Part shown: in pieces, positions 12,566 through 26,038 of the stretch
Layout: each line of letters begins with the position of its first letter
Position numbering within the stretch: the stretch's first letter is position 1
NCBI GenBank assembly: GCA_030770535.1
Contig: JASVEC010000001.1
Location: 1,054,001 to 1,118,000, forward strand
Direction of reading: 5' to 3'
Length of the DNA: 64,000 nucleotides
From: Batkoa obscura
Lineage: Eukaryota
Position numbers and translations under genes: made by a program
The notes under the pieces: model-generated
What the model was told of the DNA's origin: nothing
The model's input: only the letters and a program-made list of their open reading frames with translations
Database searches by the model: none

Positions 12566-13233
12566 ACTTAAAATAAATAAAAATTATAAAAAATTAAAAG
12601 TTGAAATTTGCTTTTTCAAACTTTTTATTCACTCACTTTTTAAATGTTTTGAAACAGGTTTGTTTTAACACTACTAAATGATTTAGTTGATGTAAGATTA
12701 CTATTTCAGTTGACTCGGAATTTTATTGATTTATTTATTTTTAGTTAGTAGAATTTAAATGCACCCATTATTAATTAGTATTCTTTTATAATGCTAATTC
12801 TATTTTTGAAAGTGTTTTAATAGTAACAATACTATAAAAAATAGGATAATAAAAGTACAAAATATTGGTCGATATTCTATGTTAAATATTTGTTTTTTAT
12901 AATTTCATTATTATTGTCATTGTTAACGCAATTAGAATCACTTCAGTTACGTTAATCTTTATTTTTAATAAACTTTAGAATTGTTTTATTTTCTTATTAA
13001 CTTAAACTTTATTTAATAACTCCCATTTTTCTTAACTCTCGAAATTGATTTTTCAAACATAATAATGTTTGAAATCAACTTGTTTTCTCAGTTTAATTAA
13101 ATATAGTATTTTTACCTCCTTTTAAGTTGATATTAGTAAATTTAATAATTAGCGAAAAAATTTCATCTCAAACTAGTATTATTATTATCATTGTTTACTA
13201 ATTTTAATGTCAAGGCTTTAACAATATCAACAT

Positions 13234-13329
13234 GGGTATTTTTTTTTGGTTTCATCACTTTTTCGATTTTTTAAGCGCTATTTGTGCGGGAAAATTGTTA
13301 GTAAAATTCTTAAACAAAAAATACATCCC
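13234..13329. mobile_element. Family A MITE
   Basis: GGGTATTTTTTTTTGGTTTCATCAC...ATACATCCC. Confidence 0.9.
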
Positions 13330-13646
13330 ATATCTTAAAAAATTACTATTTTATAAAAAAACTCATTATCTCGAAATAATATTAATCATTCAACAGCACT
13401 TTTATTTGAATAATAAACAGATATCTTTCAATGTTTCATATAAATGATAATCTCCTTTTGAAATCAAAATAATATTCAAGATAAAATAAAATTAAAGCAT
13501 TTTCAACTAATAAAAGCAGAAAAAAGGGATATTTTGAACAATAAGTTTATACTTGTGATTTTGATGAAATTTGATTTTATCCTTGCTCAAGAAATAAATA
13601 AAAAAATGGAATGTAAACTAGATTTCCATCGTTAATAAAACTTGGA

Positions 13647-15559
13647 TTAGTTTTCAATGATAGAACTTTGATAGACTCAGCAGGTTGAGTGGTAATAAAA
13701 TTTCTAAAATTTATCTTCTTTTCAATATTTCTTTTGAAAGTGAAATCTCTTATCAAATTTGCACTAACTAAATATAGTTCTGTCCAAGTCAAACTAAATA
13801 AATGAATAAATTTTAGCTTGATTAAAAAAGGCTTACGTTCTACCAACACAAGCTCTAGGTTCGATTAAAAAAGGAGAAAATTGGAATTAGTTTTAAATTT
13901 TCCATCTTGTAGCCATCTTTGAGAATCAAAAAAACTAGGATTCTTCCATGCTGAGGGTAAATTGCGTAAAGCATTAATTGTAATCCCAACAGTAATCTAG
14001 AAAATGTTATTAATTGCATTTTTACTTGCTACACAATTTGCCTTTTCTGGTACAAAATAGCCATTAATTACCCTACCTCCTTTAGGTACAATCCTTGTTG
14101 GAGCGCCACCAGCCACTGGTAAGCTTCTTAAGCCTTCATGGATTACAGCGTTAAGATAATGACATTCTGACTTACATTTAGTATAAGTAATTGAACCTTT
14201 GTCTGGGGATATTGTAAGCATTTCTTCTATGGTTTTTTTATATACTTCTAGGTTATTAATTAATAAATAAAGAACCCTAGTTACATTAGTTTAGTTATTA
14301 ATAAAATCAATTATATCAAATTACCATGTAAGCGAGTTTAAAGTAATATCAGTCCCAGTACCACTTTAAATTAGTTGATTAAAATAATTTAATAATTGAG
14401 AAACAGGACTACATTTGTGAAATTGGTTCTTCAACTGTATCTTTATCACTTAAATAATTTCCAGTATCTGAACCCGTTGCTTTAATAAAAGTACTTAAGA
14501 TAGTAGTTTTATCTGGATTATTTCTAGCATCTTTCATTGCTTCATATGCCAACTAAATACGATTAAGTAAATTCGATAAGCTTATCATCAGCTAATGCCT
14601 CATATAATTTTTTGATGCTATCAAATCGATAGCGTTTCATAAATGGAAACATAAATACTTAAAATTATTTAAATATTATAACTTAAAAATGGGGGCTAAA
14701 TTATACCACAAGACTATAATTAGAAATATCATATATCTATTTTACTATTGGATGGTAACTATCTCTTAACATATTAAACGATCTTCCAAATGCCAAGTCA
14801 CCACTTACATCCTAATAATCATGTTAGTATATACATGAGCTATTTCATAAATAGTTTACAAAAGGAAGGTGATGAAAGAAAAGACCAAGATCTAACTTTT
14901 GACCCTGAGTTGCAAGTGTATCCATTTTATTTACAAAAGCGTATATACCCTTTTTAACTAAGTATTCTACGCTTCCTATCACCTTTTCCGAAAAAGATAG
15001 AGCAACAATTTTTTTCTAATTATTAATCACTAACTCATAAAACGTTTAAAATGTTACTCTTTGTCTTTTTAAATTGTTAGTAATATCTTTTTGATATTTT
15101 ATTTATTACCTAGTACTAAAAATAGTTTGCTCTAGTATACGGAAAATATCATAAGTTTCATCCTTTATTTAGGCATAAGTTGAGTATATCTCTTTCAATG
15201 CTGAATCAGAGGAAAATGAGATCCCATTCCAACCTAGTTTCATCATCATTATTATTATGACATCCAATTTTAACTTTGATGCTTACTTAATCTTACTACA
15301 TTCCCATATTTACTACTCAGATTGAGGACATACTCCAGGAAGGTGCCATTTATCATATAAACCCTATTTATAAAGGCGAATATCAAATTGATTAAAGGAC
15401 CAGGTACTTTCCTCAATGGGCTAAAATACACATTGTATATTACCTTTAAATATGAAATTATAATATGCTCTTAACGTTTAAGTAATAATCTACTTTATAA
15501 CCGTAGTAGGACAAAAGTAGTACAAGAATAGAATTCAATATTGAAATTAAACTAAATAT
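13647..15559 (-). pseudogene. Cytochrome P450 pseudogene, inverted paralog of 31300-33244
   Basis: Same exon order as the intact copy. Start ATG>ATA (15557-15559), frameshift near 15310, in-frame TAA near 15170, heme motif PFLIEPRACVG (Gly>Glu). Confidence 0.88.
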
Positions 15560-16239
15560 TTTTTAAAATTATACTTGTGTTTTGTTTTCCCCTTTTATAC
15601 ATGGTTTCCAAAATTAATATAGCTCTTTTTATAGCTGTCATAAATTTCAGTTTTATTTTATTCTATTTTCTGATTCTCGTATTTGGAAATTTTAAAAAAA
15701 AGTAGTAAAAAAATAAATATGGATCAATTCTTTACCCAGCTTTGATTGAAGTTTAAACTTATAAAATTTTAAATTTAATGAAAAATGGCATAAATAAAAC
15801 GCTGAAGGGATATACTTTTTATCTCATTATTTATTCTATCTTTTAAGTACTTTGAAATTCAAAAGATTATACATTTTATTCAATAGAAATAAATATGTCC
15901 TCCATTTTCTTAGTGTTTACGCTTAATTGATCGTTTTTGCAACAAACATTAGAATCGGAAAAAAGCTAAGTCTTGGGTTCAATTTTACCAACATTATGAA
16001 CAATAAAATAGATGTGTTATAAAGTTTTTATTATTATTGCTTTAAATGTTAATTTTGTAAATGTGTTAAAAATATATTTATTTTTTATTAATATAAATAG
16101 TTTAAATTATCTTTTTAAATTTTAGAATTCTTTTCCTAAACTTTTATCATTATTATCCGACTGATTACCTTCACACCGAAGTCATAAATCACATAGCGAT
16201 AAAATTTTAGTTCTTTTTAAGGCATTTGTATATTTAATA

Positions 16240-16413
16240 CAGATATTACAATCCTTTTGAGACCAATTAACTACTCATTAAAGGGAAAAAAATTGTACTA
16301 AAATTATGTAAAAATCCAGCTAAATATAAGGGTTAGCTTCTAAAAAACTGGCTATACAAGTAACTTGATTATAGAAAATATCTCCAAAAGTCACAAAAGG
16401 ATTGCAACAGCTG
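16240..16413. mobile_element. TA-flanked MITE family B (Tc1/mariner-type ends)
   Basis: TA|CAGATATTACAATCCTTTTG ... CAAAAGGATTGCAACAGCTG|TA; homologs at 21943 and 30451. Confidence 0.8.
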
Positions 16414-16548
16414 TAGTTCTTTCGCTTAATCGGAATTAGGAGCCTTACTAACTATGAAACGTGAATGTCTATTTTCTATTTCTAAAAACAATAAATTTGG
16501 TATAAGTTGGTATATGCTTATTAATATTACTAAATTGCTTATACATAT

Positions 16549-16647
16549 GGGGATGTATTCTTGTATTCAAGAATTTTACTGACAATTTCTCCACTCAAAT
16601 AGCGCTTAAAAGATGGAAAAAATAATGAAACCAAAAAAAACACCCCC
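16549..16647. mobile_element. Family A MITE
   Basis: GGGGATGT...ACACCCCC, TSD ATAT/ATAT. Confidence 0.93.
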
Positions 16648-17369
16648 ATATAAAAACAAGTCTTTTGTTATATTTTATTGATTTTGTATAATTTATGCAA
16701 AAAATTTTGTTAGTAAAAAGTTCAAAATCTAAATAGTATTTTAGCTATTGAGCTTAATAAAATAACTATTTAATATCAACTTTTTTGTTTTAATGCCTTT
16801 ATTGTAGGTTTTAAGTATTGATTTATTATGATATTATAGTTATTGCATTTTTTTGCGTTAAAAAATTCAATCATAAAGCTTTTAATACAGGCTGTAAAAT
16901 TTTGCTTTTTTCAAAGAAATTTTGGCAAATTATTTTGACATATACTGTTGTTTCAGTACTAATAGCTTCAATAATTCATGAATTTTTAATAAAAATAAAT
17001 TAGAGTTTTATTACATAATCGATTCTAAATAAAACTGTATTATTGTTTGTTTTTATTTTTCATCTTTTAATACTTTTGTAGCTTTTCCAAAAACCGTCAC
17101 CAAAATCTTGCCTACTCTGTATATAGATGCTTACGAAACGGTAGAAAATTAATAATAGATATAAACTTTCTATTAAATTTAATTAAAACTAGTTTATTAA
17201 GTGTAGTTTGGCTCAAAATATTAATGCTTGAATTTATTTATCTATAAACAATAAACAAATGATATAACTTCAAGATTATATTTTCTTAATTTTATTACTA
17301 TAATAAAAGGATTTGAACAACAAACAGTGTAAAAAACAAGAAATAAGTCTTATTATTAAAAAAGATTAT

Positions 17370-18900
17370 ATTATTATATTCGACTCTCCCTTTTTTAAAT
17401 TCAAGTATTAAATTGACCATACGTTTAAAACTTATACTAACTAAATGATCTTCATTGTAATTTTGAATATAACAACAAACAACTTGATGTTTACTATTTT
17501 CAAGAGAAAAAGAAACTCACATTATCGGGCTAGACTTCCCCTTTAAATTAAGGTTATTAAAAAATACCATCAACTTAAGGGTTATATTTTAATTGTAATA
17601 GATTATGTTGTCATATCCTAGGTCATTTATTTTGAGCTATCTCCTCTTACTTAATCCAGAAACAAAAATATTTGAGGTCCTTGCAACACAAGAGAAAAAA
17701 ATTACTCATTATTGGGTTCAACTCCTTTTTTTTTAAAACCCGAATATTAAAAATGATCATTAGAACAAATTTTTATTGATTAAATAATCTGTATATTGTA
17801 ATCTCAATAGAGCATGATATTATCTCCTAGATCATTTATTTTAAAATATCTCTAATTACTTGATCCAGAAACAAAAGCATTTGGAAGTTGTGCTTTGCCA
17901 GAGAAAAAAATTCATATTATTTTATCAAACTCTCCCCTTTAAATAACGCTATCAAAAAGATCATTAGAACAAATTTATATTAATTAAAAAGTATATTTGT
18001 ATATCTAATATGTCACAGTATATCATAATATTAAACTTCTAAGTCATTTTTCAAAATACCTCCTATTTTGTAATCTGAGTAGAGAAAAGCTGAGATCCAA
18101 AGCTTAACAATAACGATAATTGACCAGAAGGAATCCTATCTTTTAAATGCCAAACATAATAAATGATCATTAGTTTAAAATACATATCACTCGATTACTT
18201 TATATTGTAATTTTAATAGATCATAATCAAATCTCTTAGGTCATTTTTACGAGGTACCTTTAACCCCTTGATTTAATCAGATATACTGACCTTCTGATAT
18301 TAATGATAAAAAAGTGAAACAACACCAAAAGTTCACTCTTTTAAAACAAATCGTTAATTAATAGTCTGTATTAATTATTCAATTTGTGTTGTGGTTTTAA
18401 TAGGTTATAATAAAAGTTATTAAGTCATTCTTTTAAACTACCTTCTATTCCTTCATCCATAAATAAAAGCAGCTAGAATTTACACCTTTCAAGTGAAAAA
18501 TAAGTTCAGATTATTTGACTAAATTTTCTCCTTTAAAATAAAATCACTAAAAACAATTGTTAAAACAAATGTATATTAATTACATAATATATATTGTAAT
18601 TTTGATAAAGCATAAAGTCCTATCTCAAGCAATCTCTTCAAATCATCTCTTACTCCTCATTCTAGAAACAGAAACATTCAAGAGATCTACATGCTTTATG
18701 AGAAAGAAAAAAGCTCACATTGTTACATCAGCTCCCCTTTTTAAGACCCAAATACTACAGCAGATCACTAGTTTAAATGTTATATCAATTAATTGTCATA
18801 TTGGTATTTTTAATTTATTATTTTGTTATCACAAGTATTTTATTTTATTGCATCGCTTTCTAGATCCAAAAAATAGAAAAATTCATCTTTTGAACGTATG
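17370..18900. repeat. Degenerate tandem array, about 8 units of ~200 bp
   Basis: TARGTCATT-like marker recurs at ~17620, 17828, 18040, 18237, 18421, 18627 and 18832; CTCCCCTTTAAA-like and ATCCAGAAAC-like markers recur with the same period. Confidence 0.75.
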
Positions 18901-19942
18901 ATAGCAAATATTTAAAATAAGGTATTTACCATTAGATTTCTGATGCCTTAATATGGAAACAAAAGAAAGTATGGTAAAGAAGAAGAAGTAGTGGCAAAGA
19001 AAAATCGAAAAAATCGAGCTTTAAGTTTTAACTTATTATAGTAGTAAATTGAAAGGTTATAGCATACTAAAAAAAGTAGAAAATGATAAGAAGAATTTTT
19101 TAATAATATTAAGGATGTATAATAGACTTGGTAACATTTATAAAAAAATACAACTATAAAACTAACTCATTATTATTCTTCATCTTCATATTATTGAAAT
19201 TCATATAAAAATGTTAATTTCTCACTACCATTTTTTACAGCATAAAACAAGGGGGAACTGCAAGAATTTCATAAAAAGGGAGGTTTTCTTTTTTGAAAAT
19301 ATAAAGGAGTGACAAAAAAATCCATTTTTCAATTTTAAAACTAGTATCCTCTCCACAATTAGAAATTACATAGTCACACTTTACTATGTTATAATTTAAA
19401 CGTAGATTGAGCATTTTGTATTTTTATATTAAATTAATCTGAAAATAGAAAAAATTATAATAATTAAACTTAATAAATACAATATAAAAAAGGTCCAATT
19501 TACGTTTAAATTGTATTAGTTGGGTGAAACTTGATCAATAAAAAAGCAGTTAGCTTTTGTTCATTATAGAAAATCATGATTTGGCATAAGACTAATTTAA
19601 GTAATATAAAATTGGAGCAATTAAATATATCATAATAGTTATTGACTTTACTCAGCTAGCCCTCAACTAGTCCATTTGAAACCAAGTTAAGATCATAGGA
19701 ATAAAAAGGGAGGATATAAAGCTGAATAAGAGAGGAGAAACTTAAAAAGCGTGAGCAAGTATTAAAAATAATTAAAAGAAATTAAGTATGAGAAAAACAG
19801 AATAGTAACTAACATAAAAAAAATGGAATATAAATAAGATTCATAATACTACTCCTAAATCTAACAAAAAAAACAAATTATTAGTTTTTTGTATCTTTAT
19901 TGAATCATTTGCACTTAATCATATATACAAATAAAAAACATA

Positions 19943-21079
19943 ATGTATACTCTACCTTTATTACTCCTTTCTATCTATTTCCCTAGCATCCAATGTCAAC
20001 GTCGATTCAATGGGGAATATCGTCCAGGATTAAGTAAAAATAGTATATTATCCAACATTACTACATCTACCTTTTCCACACGTGCTGCTCAACTCATATT
20101 TGAAGATAACTTTGATACCTTTAACTTAAAAAATTGGCGTCATGATATTACTTTGGGTGGTGGCGGTAATTGGGAATTTCAACATTATACTAATAATCGT
20201 ACCTCTAGTTATGTTAAAAATGGGGCCTTACATATACGTCCAGTATTGACTAGTGATACTATTGGAGAAGCGGCTGTAATGAATGGTGGTAATATGGATA
20301 TTTGGGGCAATTCACCTAATTATCAATGTACTGGAAATGCGTTTTATGGATGTCAACGTAGTTCTAATGGTCAAAATATCATTAATCCAATTCAATCCGC
20401 ATTGGTAAGATCCAGTAATAAATTCTCTTTTACTTATGGGAAGGTGGAAGTGAGAGCTAAATTACCAAAAGGAGATTGGATTTGGCCAGCTATTTGGATG
20501 CTACCTGCTGATCATGCTTATGGCAATTGGCCAGCTTCAGGTGAAATTGATATTATGGAAGCTAGAGGTAATGATAATAATTATGGAGCTGGTGGGAGAA
20601 ATCAAGTAGCTACTACTCTTCATTGGGGTCCTAGTTGGGACTTTAATAAATATGCTATGACTACGGCTAGCTATAAGTTACCTAATGGACAAAGCTTTTC
20701 AGATAGTTTTCATACTTATACATTAGAATGGAATCCAACTTCAATTGTTTCTAGGGTAGATAATAATATTATACTAAACTTACCTATTCAAAATTCTTTC
20801 TGGAATAAAGGCCAATTTCCTGGAAATTTAAACAATCCATGGCAAAATCAACCTAATTCAGCACCATTTAATCAAGAATTTTATTTAATATTTAATGTAG
20901 CTGTTGGCGGTACTAATGGTTATTTCCCAGAAGGTGTGGGTAATAAACCTTGGTCTAATCAATCCCCTACCGCTGCCAAAGATTTTTATTCTCAAAAGAA
21001 TAGTTGGTATAACACTTGGCCTAATGATGATTCAAGAGCTTTACAAATTGATTATGTTAGAGTTTGGTCTCAAGCTTAA
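19943..21079 (+). CDS. Secreted GH16 beta-1,3-glucanase (laminarinase/beta-glucan-binding-protein type)
   Basis: Hydrophobic signal peptide, GGGNWEFQ, WPAIWMLP, catalytic EIDIME, C-terminal IDYVRVW; intronless. Confidence 0.95.
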   Translation: MYTLPLLLLSIYFPSIQCQRRFNGEYRPGLSKNSILSNITTSTFSTRAAQLIFEDNFDTFNLKNWRHDITLGGGGNWEFQHYTNNRTSSYVKNGALHIRPVLTSDTIGEAAVMNGGNMDIWGNSPNYQCTGNAFYGCQRSSNGQNIINPIQSALVRSSNKFSFTYGKVEVRAKLPKGDWIWPAIWMLPADHAYGNWPASGEIDIMEARGNDNNYGAGGRNQVATTLHWGPSWDFNKYAMTTASYKLPNGQSFSDSFHTYTLEWNPTSIVSRVDNNIILNLPIQNSFWNKGQFPGNLNNPWQNQPNSAPFNQEFYLIFNVAVGGTNGYFPEGVGNKPWSNQSPTAAKDFYSQKNSWYNTWPNDDSRALQIDYVRVWSQA

Positions 21080-21942
21080 TAAGTTGAATTCTTTTAATAT
21101 TGTAAAATATTTTAATTAAAAAAATTAGTTGAATTTAATTTAATTTAATTCTATAATTTGTTTATTTTTAACAGTTTTATTGATTGTTCTTTATATTGTA
21201 AATAGTCATACAATTATCCTTATACTTTATAATTTATTATAACTCTATTTATTGTAAGCTACAAGTAGACTCCAACTTTGCTCAATCTATAACAACTAAT
21301 TATACTTAACTCTTTACTTATTCAATCTAAACTTGAGTTAATTCAATTGTTTTCTCTACATCTTTGACCCTTTGTATTTCGATTGTTTTATGAAGAAATA
21401 TGGGATGGAAATAGGGGTACAGATTCAATTAATAGTATCTTATAATAGAACACCAGTGATGGTTAGGTTATTATTATTAAAAAGAATAACTTTAATTCAG
21501 TAGATTAAATACACTTTTTATTCATTTTATTACTAGTTCAATCACTATTTTTATTCTTTATTGAAGATTGAGGGGTTGAAGAGAGTGTGATAGTTAAATG
21601 TATTAACTGTTTTAAGGCTATTGTAGAAAGAGAAACATCAAGTAATAATCAACATTGAAGTTATCAGTTCATTTACATCTTATCCTTAAACCTTTAATAT
21701 CGCTTTATTAATTAACAGTTGCCATTAACTCTTTTTGAGCTTCTATATAAAATTAAAGTCATTGTAAAGTATGATCTATGGGCTTCTTCTTATTTTATCA
21801 TTAATAATTGTATTATCATTAAAGGAACAAACCAAAATGTTAATATTTGGTTGTTTGTAGCTTTCAATCCCAACTTTCTTTTTACTAAATAGCCTATAAA
21901 ATTAAATCTATAGCTAATACAGTAAACCTTTATCGAGTATTA

Positions 21943-22108
21943 CGGTTGTTGCGTCTCTTTTGCGACCTAGTTAACTGCTCATTTAAGAAATAAAATTATA
22001 TTAAAATTCAGTTAAAATATAAGGATTAGGTTTTAAAAAATTGGCTATATAAATAAGTTGATTATAAAAAGCTACTACTAAAAAAGTTCCAAAAGAGTTG
22101 CAACTATA
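21943..22108. mobile_element. MITE family B copy
   Basis: TA|CGGTTGTTGC...CAAAAGAGTTGCAAC; internal similarity to 16240-16413. Confidence 0.75.
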
Positions 22109-22252
22109 TCACCTAAAAATTAAACAAAAATTAAAAAATTAAACAAAAACAATTAGCCTTTAATCATTTTTTTATTCTTAAAAAAAAAGTCAAGCTAAAA
22201 ATTGATAAAAATATAAGACCTAATCGGGTAAAAATAAAATTTCCAATTCTTC

Positions 22253-23647
22253 TTAATCCTCCTTTTGTACTTTAAAAACAGTTTGTTTTTTAGAACTAAA
22301 TTTATCATTAAAATTTCCATCACAATTAATATCAGTATTAATATTAATAGAATTTCCATCAAAATTAATACAAATATCACTATTATCTCCTGAGTTTCTC
22401 ACCTTAATTCCCACATCAGTTTCAGGCTCCTTCTTATCAATATCTTCATTACTCATAAGATAAGGTCTTGCATATCTATTAATCCAAGAAAAAATTTCTT
22501 TATGCCATCTTAATGAATTTTGAGGTTTAAGCACCCAATGATTTTCATCTGGGAAATATAATAATCTAGAAGGCACACCTCTTCTTTGAAGGGCAGTAAA
22601 AGCAGATAAACCCTGATCAATAGTTAAACGATAATCTTTTTGAGAATGAATAATAAGAGTAGGCGTAGACCATTTCCAAACATAGTTCGAAGGTGAAAAC
22701 TTAGTATAAGTTTCTGGATTTTCCCAAGGTTTACCAGCAAAGTCATGTTCATTAAAATACAATTCATCTGTTGAATAATAAGCAGAAACAGCATCAAACA
22801 TACCATCGTGATTAACTAAACAACGGAATCGATCCGTATGCCCATTTAACCAGTTAATCATATAACCACCATAAGAAGCCCCTAAAGCACAAGCACGTGA
22901 TCCATCAATATAATTATAATTCTCTAATACATAATTTAAACCTAACATTAAATCTTCAAAGGGAGCACCACCCCAATCTCCTTTAATGGCATCTGTAAAG
23001 TTTTGACCATAACCTGTAGAACCAGTTGGATTAATCATTACTGTTGCATAGCCTTGTTGAGCAAATACTTGAGGATTCCAACGATAAGACCATTGATTTA
23101 ACCAAGCTCCTTGAGGACCCCCATGGATTAGAAAAGCTAAAGGGTATTTTCTCCAATACCGATGTTCTTTTGGTGGTATAATAAAACCATGAACTTTTTT
23201 ATTATTTTTACCTTCAAAAAAGAAACTTTGTTGTTCTTGTAATTCATAAGGTTTTAATAAATCTTCATGAATATTACTTTGTTGAATTAATTTATAATAA
23301 TTTTCAATTTCCATTGTATAGAATTCATAAGGTTGTTGAAAGGAACTTAATTTTAATAATAATATATCTTCTTTTAATAATTGCACTTCACTGACTGAAT
23401 CATATTTATTCATTCTTCTTACTTTATTAGATTTAATATCAATTAAATACAATTTATTGATACCAATATCATTTGCTGTTACTATAAATTTATTACTTTC
23501 ATCATTCCATAATAAACTATTAGGAGATCGATCCCAATAACTTAAATCTACTTTATTAACTTGTTGAGTTGATATATCATACCAATGAATATGATTTTTA
23601 TCACTTTCATAAATATTATTCTAATTAATATATATATTAATATTATA

Positions 23648-23697
<50 letters not shown>

Positions 23698-24765
23698 GTA
23701 TTACTATATTAAACATACCTTCATTTGTAACCAAGCAATTTTTTTGCCATCTTTTGAAAATTTAGGGAAAGAAGCAGCTCCAGTAAAAGGTTTATTAAGT
23801 GGTTTAGGAGTATTACGGAAACTAGTACTATCTAATTGTAATAAATAAATTCCTTGAGTAGTTGTAGTTGCCTTTTCATTTCCTGATATTTTGGAAGTAA
23901 ATACAAGCCATTTGCCATCTGGAGATATATCGTAATCATTATTATCACCAAATGGAAGTACTGGTGATTCCTATAATTAAATTAAATTAATTATTAATTT
24001 ATTTAATTATTATTATTTATATTAATTTTTATTATTTATATTAATTTTTATTACCAAATCTGTGTATTTTAATAAGTTTTTTGGTGAACCTTTAACTTCC
24101 CATTTACTAATACCTTTTTTATTGTCAATCTTATCATTCTTGTTTATATCTAAAGAATATAATTGTTGATATTGATTAGGTAAAATAAATTGATCCCAAT
24201 GTCTAACAAATAATTTATCAAATAAAATACCATCATCTCCAAACCGATGACTGTTTGTATTGACTTTATTTTTAGCACTAAATATCATTTTATCTTTTTT
24301 AATATTATATTGAATATTACTAATATCAACCAATTCTTTAAATTTATAAAGTGTAGAAGTCTCAAATTCTTTAACGTCAATGTCTTTTAAATCTTTAGGT
24401 AAAGTTATTGTAATCAATTCATCATCTACTACACAAACTAAGCTTTCATGATCTAACCAAGTCATTGGAGCATTACCAATACTAGTTGAAAGTTGTTTAT
24501 CAATATATTTAGTAATGTTATAAGTGGAACTCTTTTTAGGACTATCAGAATGACCAAACTCTAATATAAAACTATTCCATATATTCTTTTTTTGATAGAT
24601 AGAGTAAGTAGATGTAAAATAAATAGCTCTCTCTTTATCTGGACTAATAACTAATTCACTAGGACGGGGAAGGGTAATTAAATCTTCATAAGTAAATTGT
24701 TCATAGCCATGATTTAATTGTAATAAGTAAACGTTAATATATATTATTAACTGAAATAATAACAT
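22253..24765 (-). CDS. DPP5: Secreted dipeptidyl peptidase V-like, family S9; introns 23971-24054 and 23621-23718
   Basis: Signal-like MLLFQLIIY, FVRHWD, IHGGPQ, GASYGG nucleophile, KDYRL Asp and DENHW His. Confidence 0.93.
23650..23697. repeat. (TTA)n microsatellite inside a DPP5 intron
   Basis: Pure trinucleotide run; it explains the poly-Leu ORF 23585-23848. Confidence 0.95.
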
Positions 24766-26038
24766 TTTTATTTTTTTGCTTTTAAAAAATTCAAAAAAAA
24801 AGAGAAACTTGATTTCTTTTATAATGATTTGTAATTTTTCTGTTTGATACGTCATCAACTTTTATTCAATTTATAAATTTAATACCTTGGACTTCCTATT
24901 GGTTCAATTTCTTCTCCATATAATCATAAAACCCCTTTTTATTGTTAAAATTCAATTTCTCCCTTAATCCAGGATTCAATTATTTTAAATGGTGACTCAA
25001 TCTTAAAAATTTCGTTTATTTTTCTCCGTATTTTTTACAATTGAGTGACGTTTTATTTTAATATTCAGGGTTTTTATAACTATCCTGAATTGTTAGTATA
25101 GGATTTAATCATTTTATAGTAGTTGTTTATATTGTATAAACTTTTAGTTTGTCATATTTGTTTTACAGTAAGTTTCTATTATATTATAATTGTAACACCA
25201 CCTTGTATCATAAAGTTGTTTTCATAATGCGATCTTTTACACCTTAATTGATACAATGTTTCAATTAAACGTTAATATTTCAATATGCGTTTTAAAAAAT
25301 TTGTTTTATTTATTCATTTATAAATTGAAAATTTTTAGCATTAGCTATTATTGGAAATCATTATTTTTTAATTTTCTTATCGTTTCTATTTACGACCCCT
25401 TTAAGTTTAATATTGCTTCTTTCCTCCCTTACTTTTTAATTGTCATTCGATTGTTCTATTGGACTTTTACTTTACCTTTATTTATTGTATTTGCTTTCAT
25501 ATTGAAAAATAATTAAGGTGGTGATATATGATGTATAAACTTTGTTTCATTTAAATCTTTTTTTGTTTTTGAAAAATCTTGAACCCAGAAGGGTAAGTCT
25601 TCTATTAAATTATATATAATTAACGGAAAAGCTCAAGGAGCTATTTCTCCAAGATTTTAATCCCCGAGGAGCTAAAGTCCAGCTTTTTGTTCCCCAGTGT
25701 AACTCACTGTTCCAAGCTATAAATCCTTTTTTGTTATTTACTTACTGACTGACTGATTTTATCATAATGTTATATTAAATAAATCATAATCACAAAATAT
25801 AGCACAATATGCATTGAACAAAGCTAAAAGTGCATTTTAGATTGACATACGCAACTCTTAGATTAAAAACTATAAATACCTTAAATTTCCATGCTATAAA
25901 CTCAATAAGATTCAATAATTTAATATTATAAAATGATAAAAAAGCATCAAATATATTGATCAAATTAAATTATGTTTATTTCTATTAAATAAAGGTAACA
26001 TAGAATTAAAAATTAAACTAATTCTTCTCCTCAGCTTT

